NCBI GenBank assembly: GCA_963828735.1
Contig: CAWHFW010000005.1
Span: 1,024,001 to 1,088,000 of the forward strand
Source of the DNA: an uncultured Gemmatimonadales bacterium
GTDB taxonomy: Bacteria; Gemmatimonadota; Gemmatimonadetes; Gemmatimonadales; GWC2-71-9
DNA: 64,000 nucleotides
Reading direction: 5' to 3'
Part shown: positions 50,699 to 59,616 of the stretch, piece after piece
Numbering within the stretch: position 1 is the stretch's first letter
Layout of the letters: each line of letters starts with the position of its first letter
Program-made: the position numbers and the translations under genes
The notes under the pieces: generated by a model
What the model was told of the DNA's origin: nothing
Databases searched by the model: none
The model's input: the letters and a program-made list of their open reading frames with translations, nothing else

Positions 50699-51535
50699 TT
50701 AGCTGCCTTCGAGGGCACCGATCCGCTCCGCAATGGCCTGGTTCCACTCCTTCCCATCAGCGCCATGATGGACCCGCCGATGGCAGGTGGGACAGAGCGC
50801 AGCCACCCATCGTGGATGGTCCGGTCCTCCGTCCGCGAGGCGGCGGATATGGTGTGGCTCCAGGTAGGGTTGCTTGGCGGGGTCAAGAAAGGAGCTGCTT
50901 CACCGCAGCCCTCGCACATGCCGCTGGCGCGCTTCCGAACATAGATCCGCACGGCCTCACTGCGCCGTCGCACAATGGTCCGTCGTTCTTTCGCTGTGGC
51001 ACTTCCTGAGGCTCCAGCGAGGGCGGCCACCCGGAGCTCGGCTAAGATCGCGGCCGCGGAGGTCCGGGCTTGGCCGCTCCGCATCCACTCGAAGATCGGG
51101 AACGACCGCTTCCGGCTCGCGATCGTTTAGCGCCAGCTCAAAGACTAGGGCACGACGAAGCGTTCCATTGCGATCCGGCGCCGTGGCGTCGTGAACGCCC
51201 AGGTAGGCCGCCTCACCGAGGTAGCGGACCCAGCCAGTGCGTATGGACTCAAAGAGATGAAGTGTTTTGCCCTCGGCTTCGTGGTCCCGAATCGCCCGGT
51301 TGCCTCGGACCATCTCCATATCGCCGACCTGACCCTCACCCGTATACCAGAACGTCCCGTCCTCCTGGAATCCATCGCTGTACCCGTACTGTTCGCCGGA
51401 TTCACCGGTGAAGAGCAGGAGGATCGGAAAGCGTTGGGGCGTGCTGATACCGCCCTGGCGCTGGCCCCCGTACTTGGCGTGGAGGTCGCGCCGACGATAC
51501 TCCGCCCCGATCGTGAACTGACGCGCGTCAGGCAT
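50699..51535 (-). CDS. SRA-HNH modification-dependent (type IV) restriction endonuclease; two frameshifts (~51045, ~50880)
   Basis: YGG..QGGISTP...YGY.DG...YTGEGQ.GDM...GN.AI SRA-like domain; CEGC, then LEPHHIRRLADGGPD...ALCPTCHRRVH HNH motif across frames. Confidence 0.75.
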
Positions 51536-51926
51536 GCCGATTCAGCAGGTGCATGGCGAAGGCTCGATCAGTTGGGGCCAGTTCGTACTCTAGCAATTCG
51601 GAGCGCGGAACCCAGGCTACCGCGTCGTGCTCGAGCGCCTGCGGCTCGCCCACGGCGGCTACCTCCGCGAACTGGATCAGGAACTCGGATCCGGGGTCCT
51701 GCCGCTCGAAGAGGATCGCTCCTATGCTCTCCACTTGAAGCCCGAGCTCCTCTGCAAGTTCACGCTTGGCGGCTGCTAAATGATCCTCGTCATAGGCTAA
51801 CTTACCGCCTGGAAATTCCCAGAGTCCACCGTGGCGTTTACTTCTGGGCCGTTTCGCGAGCAGCACACAACTGTCTCGCGCGACGACGGCAGCAAGAACT
51901 CGGACAACAGGCGATTGCTGTCTCAC
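51528..51926 (-). CDS. Nudix hydrolase (MutT/NudG-like)
   Basis: WEFPGGK...E....AAKRELAEELG Nudix box; stop overlaps the SRA-HNH start. Confidence 0.85.
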   Translation of the reverse strand: MRQQSPVVRVLAAVVARDSCVLLAKRPRSKRHGGLWEFPGGKLAYDEDHLAAAKRELAEELGLQVESIGAILFERQDPGSEFLIQFAEVAAVGEPQALEHDAVAWVPRSELLEYELAPTDRAFAMHLLNRHA

Positions 51927-52165
51927 GGAGCGTGCTTCCTTCAATATGGAATGCCAACTCGTGGCTACGACTGGGGGCATGAACTTGGCGCAGGTCAACG
52001 TCGGGGAAGCCCCCCAGAATCTATCCGATCCCAAGCCAGATGAGCTCAGGTTGGCTCTGTGGACAGGGAAGTGGGCAGCGGCCGAAATCACGAGCTTGGC
52101 GTTCGAGCCATCCTACCCTCCCGCTTCTACCGCTCGAATGTTTCGGCCAAGATTGGCTACGCCAC

Positions 52166-54808
52166 TCACGATCCGTTCGCTAGCCGTTCGAACTTGGGAT
52201 CGCCGCGCAGGGGTGCGAAGCTAGGGTCAAGCCTCAGCCAGCCGGGCGAGAAGAAGGATGGGACACTCAGCATCGCCTCAAGCGTATCGAGCGCCTTCTC
52301 CCGCTCCCCGACAAGCAGGTAGATGCGCACTAGCTGGCGCTCGTTGTAGGGTTTGCCGATGGAACCCTTGATAAGCGCGACACCGCGCTCGCCCTCGCGA
52401 ATGGCCTCGAGCCGCCGGCCCAAGTATGCGAGTGCCACCCCCAGCGCGCTGTGAGCGCCGGCGTCATCCGGCGCTTTCCGCAAGACATTCTCTAGGCCTA
52501 TGCGTGCCGAGTCGGCGTAGAAACGCACCCGAGCTTGATCACCTCGGAGGGCATAGATCTCGGCAAGCGCGAGCCCCCAATTGCCGCGATTACCATCAAA
52601 GTCATCCGGCACTAAGTGGAGGAGCCGCACTTGCTGAGCACTATCGAGCAGCCAGTACACCGGCGTATAGAGATCGGAAACGTATGGCAATAGGGTCGTG
52701 GCTTTCACAGCTCGGGCCGCCGCCCGCAAGGCGTTCTGGGCACCTGCCAGGTCGCCTTCTCCGACGTAAGTCTCAACCCTCATCTCCAGCACCTCTACCT
52801 TGTCGGGAACCAGGGCAAGCACATGGTCCGCCTCTTGGCGCGCCTCACGCCAGCGTCGAAGCGAGTTGAGGAGAGTAGTCAACCTGGATGACGGCAGGAT
52901 CGAGCGCGGGTCGAGAGCCTGCGCCTGCTTGAGATGTCCAATAGCAGCCTCCCACCGACCCAAGAAGTACTCCGCTGTCCCGGCCTGTGTAAGCAGCTCC
53001 ACGTTGGTCGGAGTGACCTGGAGCCCAGTCTTGTAGGCTTCAAGCGCCCCCGCGAAATCCTCGCGAACGAGAAACAGGTACGCCCCCCAGGCAAACTGCG
53101 ACTCGGGCCGGCCAGGCCCGAGCGCCCGAGCGCGCTCCGCGGCCACGCGCGCAGCTTCAGCGGTGGATGGGCTTGATATACCTACCGCGTATAGGTGCGC
53201 ATGCGCGCGGGCAAGCTGGGCCCAGGCCGCCACGAAGTTCGAGTCCAGCGTCACCGCCCGTTCATAGAAGCCAATGGCCCGGTGCAGGGTGGGGATGTCC
53301 CACGCATCACCTGATGAGACAGCCTCGCCCTTGAGGAAAGCATCGTACGCCGCGGCGTTGGCCGTCGGCGGCTGGGCGAGGAGCCGGCGCTGGTCCTCGC
53401 CCAGGACAACGTCCAAAGCCTCAACCACACGGCTTGCGATGTCTGCTTGCACCTGGAAGACACTGGTGAGAGAGGCATCGAACGGCTGCTGCCACTTCAT
53501 CGCCCCGGTACTGGCATCCACCAGCTCGGCGCTGACGCGCACACGCCTCTCGCTCGAGGCGTGCTTCTCCCACTGCACTCGTCCGAGGAGCAGATACCGA
53601 ACGGCTAGCTCGTGCGCGATCTTTCGAGGGGACTCGGTGGTATTTCGATACTGATTCGAGCTAGTGGAGGCAATCACCGTGAGGGCTGGCAGGTTGGCCA
53701 GCTTGCCCCGAATCTCACTTGCGATACCCTCCGCAAGATATGCCTCACTGGTGTCGCCCAGATTGTCAAACGGGAGAACGGCCAACCGCGTAGGCTGTGC
53801 AGTTCCAGCGGCCGCTGGAACTGCCTCCCGGTGACGTCCGCGTGAGGCGAGTACGGCAGTGCCGACCACCGCGATCACCACGAGCAGCACGCCTGCCTTC
53901 GTTCGTACGGACCTCCAAGGATCCAGTACCTGCGGCGACGCTCTGACCCATGAATTAGAGGCCGACGACATCGCCGCAGGATTCGCGAGCGCTGCAGCGA
54001 ACTGGCCGGCGGATCTAAATCGGTCGGCCGGGACTCTTGCCAGCGCCTTGAATACGACGGCTTCAATGCCTGTCGAGACGGTGTCTCGAACGGTGCGCAG
54101 CGGACGCGGGTTCTCGGTCAAGCGGCGCGTGATGATGGCCTGGGTCGTGGGGCCGGTGAACGGCGGCTCGCCAGCGAGCATTTCGTAGAGTACCGCGCCC
54201 AGCGAGTAGAGGTCGGTGCGCAGGTCTACTTCCCTGTCCCCGCTCGCTTGTTCGGGGCTCATGTAGACGGGCGTTCCCACGGCCAAACCGGTATTGGTCA
54301 GATGCTCCTGGTCGGCTCCCACCGCTCGGGCCACGCCGAAGTCCGCCACAAGAGCGTCCCCGCTAGCCGTCAGCAGAATGTTTTCGGGTTTGATGTCACG
54401 GTGAATTACGCCTTGGGCGTGAGCGCATTCCAGGGCACGCGCAACCTCGCCGGCAATGCGGATGGCGTCATCTGTCGGTAATTGACGTTCGCGCCGCAAG
54501 CGGTCGCGCAACGATTCTCCGTCGACAAATGGCATCGTGTACCACAGATGCCCGGCTATTTCCCCGGAATCGTGCACCGGGAGAATATGGGGATGCTGCA
54601 GCCCAGCGGCGAGTCGGATCTCTCGCTGGAACCGTTCCGGCCCGAGGCTCGCCGCCAACTCGGGGCGGAGCACCTTGAGCGCGACCTTCCGGTCATGCTT
54701 TAGGTCGTTCGCGAGGTAGACCGTAGCCATGCCGCCCCGGCCGAGCTCGCGCTCGATGAGGTAGCGGTCGCGGAGAGCGTCCCCAAGTTGGATGGTGATG
54801 TCGGCCAC
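52166..54808 (-). CDS. Ser/Thr protein kinase with TM, TolB_N-like and TPR region (paralog of 45209-47878)
   Basis: GRGGMATV, HRDIKPEN, DFG, SPEQ; RLAVLPFDNLG; SPGWLRLDP.FAPL. Confidence 0.9.
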   Translation of the reverse strand: MADITIQLGDALRDRYLIERELGRGGMATVYLANDLKHDRKVALKVLRPELAASLGPERFQREIRLAAGLQHPHILPVHDSGEIAGHLWYTMPFVDGESLRDRLRRERQLPTDDAIRIAGEVARALECAHAQGVIHRDIKPENILLTASGDALVADFGVARAVGADQEHLTNTGLAVGTPVYMSPEQASGDREVDLRTDLYSLGAVLYEMLAGEPPFTGPTTQAIITRRLTENPRPLRTVRDTVSTGIEAVVFKALARVPADRFRSAGQFAAALANPAAMSSASNSWVRASPQVLDPWRSVRTKAGVLLVVIAVVGTAVLASRGRHREAVPAAAGTAQPTRLAVLPFDNLGDTSEAYLAEGIASEIRGKLANLPALTVIASTSSNQYRNTTESPRKIAHELAVRYLLLGRVQWEKHASSERRVRVSAELVDASTGAMKWQQPFDASLTSVFQVQADIASRVVEALDVVLGEDQRRLLAQPPTANAAAYDAFLKGEAVSSGDAWDIPTLHRAIGFYERAVTLDSNFVAAWAQLARAHAHLYAVGISSPSTAEAARVAAERARALGPGRPESQFAWGAYLFLVREDFAGALEAYKTGLQVTPTNVELLTQAGTAEYFLGRWEAAIGHLKQAQALDPRSILPSSRLTTLLNSLRRWREARQEADHVLALVPDKVEVLEMRVETYVGEGDLAGAQNALRAAARAVKATTLLPYVSDLYTPVYWLLDSAQQVRLLHLVPDDFDGNRGNWGLALAEIYALRGDQARVRFYADSARIGLENVLRKAPDDAGAHSALGVALAYLGRRLEAIREGERGVALIKGSIGKPYNERQLVRIYLLVGEREKALDTLEAMLSVPSFFSPGWLRLDPSFAPLRGDPKFERLANGS

Positions 54809-54974
54809 GGCTGGCCTAGAGTGGAGGATCTTGGAATCTGTACTGTCTCACTGCGACTTGCTAGCACGAGGGACGTCTGCTAGCGCCTCGCATCCCTGCT
54901 TGTACTCGGTACAGCGGCAAATTCTTCGAAGAATCGAGGGAGCGTGGAACGTTACTGACATTTTTGAGAGTTGT

Positions 54975-55033
54975 CTTTATACCCTTCATTCCTTTGGAGG
55001 GTTAAGAGATAGGTTGGGGTGATCAGTTCACCC
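54975..55033 (+). repeat. Palindromic site family, site E
   Basis: CCTTCATTCCTTTGGAGG (identical to 50413-50430) followed by GTTAAGAGATAGG...CAGTTCACCC. Confidence 0.8.
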
Positions 55034-55133
55034 GACTACATTCTTACTGGCAGAATCAGCAGGTGCACGCCAGACGTCCAAATCGGTTGATTAGCCCCCT
55101 GACCTGGCTCGGTTCAGGAACTGAGAGCTACCC

Positions 55134-56858
55134 GTGCTCCCGAGGCAGACCTTGAAGCTCGTCTCCTTCGCGATCCGCAACTTCCGCAGCATCAGCAATA
55201 CTTCCAAGCTCCCCATTCGTGATTCAGTCACTGCTCTCATTGGACCAAACAATGAGGGCAAATCGAACCTGCTACGAGCCCTGGTGACTGCGATGGAAGT
55301 AGTAAGCAAGCTCGAGGCCTACACCCTTACTCGGCACGGCCGGATCAGGGGCTACTTAATGATGGACAGGGCCTACAATTGGCCGCAGGATTACCCGATT
55401 CATCTGCAGGACAAGAACCCAGAAGGGGAGTCGCAGTTTGACCTGGAGTTCGAGCTAACTGATGCGGAAGTGTTGGCCTTCAAGCAAGAGGTGGGCAGCT
55501 CACTCAATGGGACGCTTCCCATTCGCATAACGATCGGCAAGAATGAGCCGAAGTTCAGCGTACGCAAACAAGGCCCTGGTGCGAAGACGCTTTCTGCGAA
55601 GGCAGACAAGATCGCAGCCTTCATCGGGAAACGGCTCGACTTTCAGTACGTACCGGCTGTCCGGCCCGCGAGTGCCGCGACCAACGTAGTAGAAGAGATT
55701 GTCGCTCGCGAGTTGCAGACGTTGGCGCAAGACGAAGAGTATCGTGCGGCGGTCCAGAGAATTGAGGAACTCCAGGAGCCCATCCTGCACACTATCTCAG
55801 AGAATATTCGAGACACCTTGCAGGCATTTCTCCCAAACGTTAAGGGTGTCAGAGTTGCGGTGCCCCAGGATGCCCGCTATCGAGCTCTCTCACGTTCCTG
55901 CGAAGTGATAGTAGATGATGGCACGCCCACAAACTTGTCGCGCAAAGGCGATGGAGTGCAAAGCCTTGCCGCACTAAGTCTGATGAGGCACGCCTCTCAA
56001 AGAACTGCGAAAGGTCGCCAGTTGATTTTGGCAATTGAGGAACCAGAGTCGCACTTGCACCCGAAGGCGATTCACCAACTTCGCACGGTCTTGACTGAGA
56101 TCGCGGGTCAACATCAAGTCATTATCACTACTCATTGTCCGGTGTTTGTCGACCGCGCCGATCCCAGTGCTCACATTCTTGTCACTGAGAGCGAAGCGGC
56201 GCCTGCAGAGTCTGTCCAGGAGATCCGTGACATCCTCGGAGTAAAGGTATCCGACAATCTGACCACTGCCGAGGTGGTTCTCCTTGTGGAGGGAGAACAC
56301 GACAGGACAGCTATTAGGGAGTTGCTAGTACACTCCTCGCCAGTTCTGGCTAAGGGGCTTTCGCAAGGTGCGCTTGCGATTGACAGCCTCTTGGGAGGAG
56401 GGAATCTGGCATACAAAGCCTCGCAGGTGCGTGATGCTATGTGTGTCGTTCACGCGTTAATTGACCACGATCAGAGCGGGAAAACCTCCGTTCAGCGGGC
56501 GGTAACGGAAGGCCTGTTGACGATAGCCGATGTGACTTATACCAGTTGTTTGGGAATGACAGAGTCCGAGATCGAGGATTGGTATAATCCGGCGCTCTAT
56601 GTACCCGTGTTAGCAGCGGACTATTCCCTGAACGCGACTAGTCCACACTTTACCTCAACAAAGAAGAAGTGGACCATACGCATGAAGGAGCTCTTCATGT
56701 CGAGCGGCAAGGGCTGGGATGAGAAGGTCGAGGGAACAATCAAGCGGCGGGTTGCCGATACTGTTGCTGCGAATGCAGCGGGAGCCATTCACCCTGCGCG
56801 TTCCGACGGCATGGCCTCGCTCGTTGGCGCCCTTGAAGCAAAACTTGGCAAAGTGTAA
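55134..56858 (+). CDS. OLD-family ATP-dependent endonuclease (ABC ATPase + TOPRIM)
   Basis: Walker A GPNNEGKS, KGDGVQS signature, Walker B IEEPESHLHP, TTH; TOPRIM LVEGEHD...DHD; lower GC. Confidence 0.85.
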   Translation: MLPRQTLKLVSFAIRNFRSISNTSKLPIRDSVTALIGPNNEGKSNLLRALVTAMEVVSKLEAYTLTRHGRIRGYLMMDRAYNWPQDYPIHLQDKNPEGESQFDLEFELTDAEVLAFKQEVGSSLNGTLPIRITIGKNEPKFSVRKQGPGAKTLSAKADKIAAFIGKRLDFQYVPAVRPASAATNVVEEIVARELQTLAQDEEYRAAVQRIEELQEPILHTISENIRDTLQAFLPNVKGVRVAVPQDARYRALSRSCEVIVDDGTPTNLSRKGDGVQSLAALSLMRHASQRTAKGRQLILAIEEPESHLHPKAIHQLRTVLTEIAGQHQVIITTHCPVFVDRADPSAHILVTESEAAPAESVQEIRDILGVKVSDNLTTAEVVLLVEGEHDRTAIRELLVHSSPVLAKGLSQGALAIDSLLGGGNLAYKASQVRDAMCVVHALIDHDQSGKTSVQRAVTEGLLTIADVTYTSCLGMTESEIEDWYNPALYVPVLAADYSLNATSPHFTSTKKKWTIRMKELFMSSGKGWDEKVEGTIKRRVADTVAANAAGAIHPARSDGMASLVGALEAKLGKV

Positions 56859-56960
56859 TGCGGCTGACCTAGGGCCGATCTGTAAGGTCAGACCGACGAG
56901 CGGCTCGCAATATTCTGTTGCCCGGAACAAGTACCTGCAGAACCTCGCCCTTCCGGCGGA

Positions 56961-58355
56961 CTAGGCACCTCGAATCTTCCACAGGCTTTGGCCTGGCCAG
57001 CTGACCCGCCGTGACCTTGAAACTCGATCCTGCTCAAACGCCTCGGGGTTTGCTCCTGCAATCAACCGCCGAACAGCGACAGAGCTTATCGTGACATCAA
57101 CCAATTCTGGATCAAATTGAGTTCCCTTGCACTTTTGAAGTTCAGCCACGACTATGTCCAAGCTGAGGCGCTTTCGGTAGGGCCTGTCGGTCGTCATCGC
57201 ATCGATGGTATCCGAGATCAGGATGATACGTGCTGCCAGGGGAATGCTCTTGCCCGACAAGCCCATGGGGTACCCTTGACCATCCCAACGCTCGTGGTGG
57301 TGCCGTACCGAATCCTGAATGAAGCCACGGAACGTGGAGATGATCCCGACGAGTTCTGCGCTCCTCATCGAGTGGGTCTGCATCAACGCGGTCTCTTCTT
57401 CCGTTAGCCGCCCTTCCTTCCGAAGAAGTGGGGCAAATTCCTCGTGAATCTTTCCAACATCGTGTAGCAGCGCCGCCGTTTCGACTTGTTCAATCTCCTT
57501 TGCAGGAAGCCCCATTTCGACTGCAATCGCCCGCGACAGTTGGCTCACCCGGACGGAGTGACCTGAGGTATAAGGATCTCGGGCTTCTATGGCTTTCACC
57601 ATCAACTGGAGCAACTCCTGTCCACTGTCCTGGAGTTGGTGGTACAAGCCGTACACATGCCGAACAGCCACGATCGGAAGTATTACGCCGACAAGTCCGA
57701 TGGGCCCGAAGCCGAGCCACCGCTGCACTGACGTGTAGAGCCACGCTACGAGCAGCGAGATCAAGCTTGCGCCAATGTCGTAGCCTAGCACGCCCCGTGT
57801 ATTGAGACTCCATACCTCACGGAATGAACGCTCAGAGCTTATGGCAACTACGAGGCTTACTAATACGGAGTTGACTAGAAAGTAGGTCGCGGCAAACAGG
57901 AAGAAGAGGCCGAGGTCTCTCTGGAACAAGTCCGAGGAAAGAGTAGCTCCAGGGTTGAGATAGGACGGTGGAAGCTGACCCCCAAGACTTGAATAGACGA
58001 GCGCTGCAGCTACAACGGATACGATTCGCTGAGAGACATTGAACACAATCTTGATCGGCTGGCTTCCTCGCGCGAGATCCCCGAAGCAGGTCGACACACC
58101 TGCGACGAGGCCACTCCAGAAGCCTCCAAAAAGCAGTCCAGCTGCGATATGCATGATGAAGGACGTAGAGCCCTTCGCTTGCACGCGCAGCTGAGTATTG
58201 AGGGTCTCAAGCACGAACGCGATAACAACGAAGCTTCCGAACGCCCACCAACCGGGGAATGGAAGAGCCGTGGCTTTCGCCAAGACTGCCAGCCCGAAGG
58301 CCGTAGCCGTGACTGTCGCGACTACGAGGTGTGTGCGCTGTTCGCGTGACATCAT
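56961..58355 (-). CDS. Membrane-bound HD-GYP cyclic-dinucleotide phosphodiesterase
   Basis: Multiple TM segments; EARDPYTSGHS.RV, LHDVGK, HHERWDGQGYP, DAMTTDRPYR. Confidence 0.9.
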   Translation of the reverse strand: MMSREQRTHLVVATVTATAFGLAVLAKATALPFPGWWAFGSFVVIAFVLETLNTQLRVQAKGSTSFIMHIAAGLLFGGFWSGLVAGVSTCFGDLARGSQPIKIVFNVSQRIVSVVAAALVYSSLGGQLPPSYLNPGATLSSDLFQRDLGLFFLFAATYFLVNSVLVSLVVAISSERSFREVWSLNTRGVLGYDIGASLISLLVAWLYTSVQRWLGFGPIGLVGVILPIVAVRHVYGLYHQLQDSGQELLQLMVKAIEARDPYTSGHSVRVSQLSRAIAVEMGLPAKEIEQVETAALLHDVGKIHEEFAPLLRKEGRLTEEETALMQTHSMRSAELVGIISTFRGFIQDSVRHHHERWDGQGYPMGLSGKSIPLAARIILISDTIDAMTTDRPYRKRLSLDIVVAELQKCKGTQFDPELVDVTISSVAVRRLIAGANPEAFEQDRVSRSRRVSWPGQSLWKIRGA

Positions 58356-58395
58356 TAGGTAGACAAAGGACGGGGATCCAGGTCCTAACAAGTTC

Positions 58396-58479
58396 TTACG
58401 ACCAAACCTGGCCTTCACTCTTGCCGAACATACCAGCAAGGAAGTAGGCAACCGATGCGAGCAGGTTCACTTTCAACAT
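58396..58479 (-). CDS. 27-aa small peptide MLKVNLLASVAYFLAGMFGKSEGQVWS
   Basis: Strong RBS (GAAGGGGGTGA) before the ATG; hydrophobic N-terminal half; ends 40 bp before the HD-GYP start. Confidence 0.6.
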   Translation of the reverse strand: MLKVNLLASVAYFLAGMFGKSEGQVWS

Positions 58480-58827
58480 GAGCGTCACCCCCTTCGAGGG
58501 AAAAAACGTACTGCGTGAAGGAAGTGGTAAGCCTCGCTATGGCATACCAGACGCTCCGCTCCATCAATTGTCCGCTAGTCTCCGCTGCACTGCACTCACT
58601 AACGAAGACCGGGATCCCCTTTACCCCTGTGTTCCTTTCCCGAGTAGGGTTGGCCTGCACCGTCGTACAGCCCGTGCCCCTGCCCTGACATTCCTCCTGA
58701 TGCAACGGGCGCACCTCTGGGGTGCGCCCACCAGCATTCGCGTCTATTCCCGGCACACGGGGCAACGGCCACGAACCGGCCCCGTACGAACGATTCCCTG
58801 TGATGCCCTACCTTCCCTGCCCGACCC

Positions 58828-59613
58828 TCAGTTCGGCCGGCGCGCTTCCGTCCAGCGGTTCGTCGCATCCAGCACGGCGAACACCGCCGCCCGCTCCGCG
58901 CTCTCCTTGATCTCGCTGGTGCCGGTCATCAGAGTCGTCTCCCGGCCCCCCAGTCCCTGCACCGCCACGAACGCGAACTCGCGATCGAAGCCCTCCACGA
59001 TCTTGGCGCCCTCGAGCGCGATGCTGCTGTCCGTGAGCAGCCGGTCCAGCACCGACACCGCCGCCTTGGCGGCCCCCTCCACCCGGCTCCGCGGCGTGTC
59101 GCTCGCCTCCTCCTCCGCCGTCTCGGTCTGCGACCGGTAGGAGAGCGTCACCGTGATGGCGATGCGGTGCGGCCGCTTGCCCGGCGCGACGGTCATGTTC
59201 TCGAACAGGACCGTCCGCTGCAGGACCCGCTCGCGCACCGAGTCGCGCTCGAGCGCCTCGATCGGCTTCACGTCCGCCGTCTGCGCGATGCTGATCTTGC
59301 GGTGGTCCACCTTGAGGCCGAGCTGCGCCAGGAGCGCGCTCTCGATGTTCCGCACCAGCTGCTTCGCCTGCAAACCCGACTGCGCGAGGATGTGGATCTC
59401 GCTCACTTCCCCCAGGGGCGTCGTCACCACCCGCGCGCTCAAGATGCCTTCGAGGCTCGTCAATAAGTTCTCCGCCCGGCGCACGCCCCACGGATCCGGC
59501 GCGGCGTCGGTCGCAGTAGCGCGGCCCGGCGTCGCCGTAGACGGCGGCTGCTGGCGGGGACTGAATCCGGTCACGTTCGTATTTCCTTGTTGTCCTGCGA
59601 TGTGTGGCTTCAC
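58828..59613 (-). CDS. Conserved hypothetical protein
   Basis: RNIESALLAQLGLKVDHRKISIAQ and AVLDATNR motifs; high-GC codon usage; follows the GGDEF gene. Confidence 0.7.
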   Translation of the reverse strand: MKPHIAGQQGNTNVTGFSPRQQPPSTATPGRATATDAAPDPWGVRRAENLLTSLEGILSARVVTTPLGEVSEIHILAQSGLQAKQLVRNIESALLAQLGLKVDHRKISIAQTADVKPIEALERDSVRERVLQRTVLFENMTVAPGKRPHRIAITVTLSYRSQTETAEEEASDTPRSRVEGAAKAAVSVLDRLLTDSSIALEGAKIVEGFDREFAFVAVQGLGGRETTLMTGTSEIKESAERAAVFAVLDATNRWTEARRPN

Positions 59614-59616
59614 GCG

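Noticed and set aside
38444..55033. Palindromic sites as the chromosomal dif site, complete attC sites or Tn3 inverted repeats
   Set aside because: There is no XerD arm (TTATGTTAAA), the arms are too close together for attC, and there is no 38-bp Tn3 pattern or transposase. Kept as an unclassified site family.
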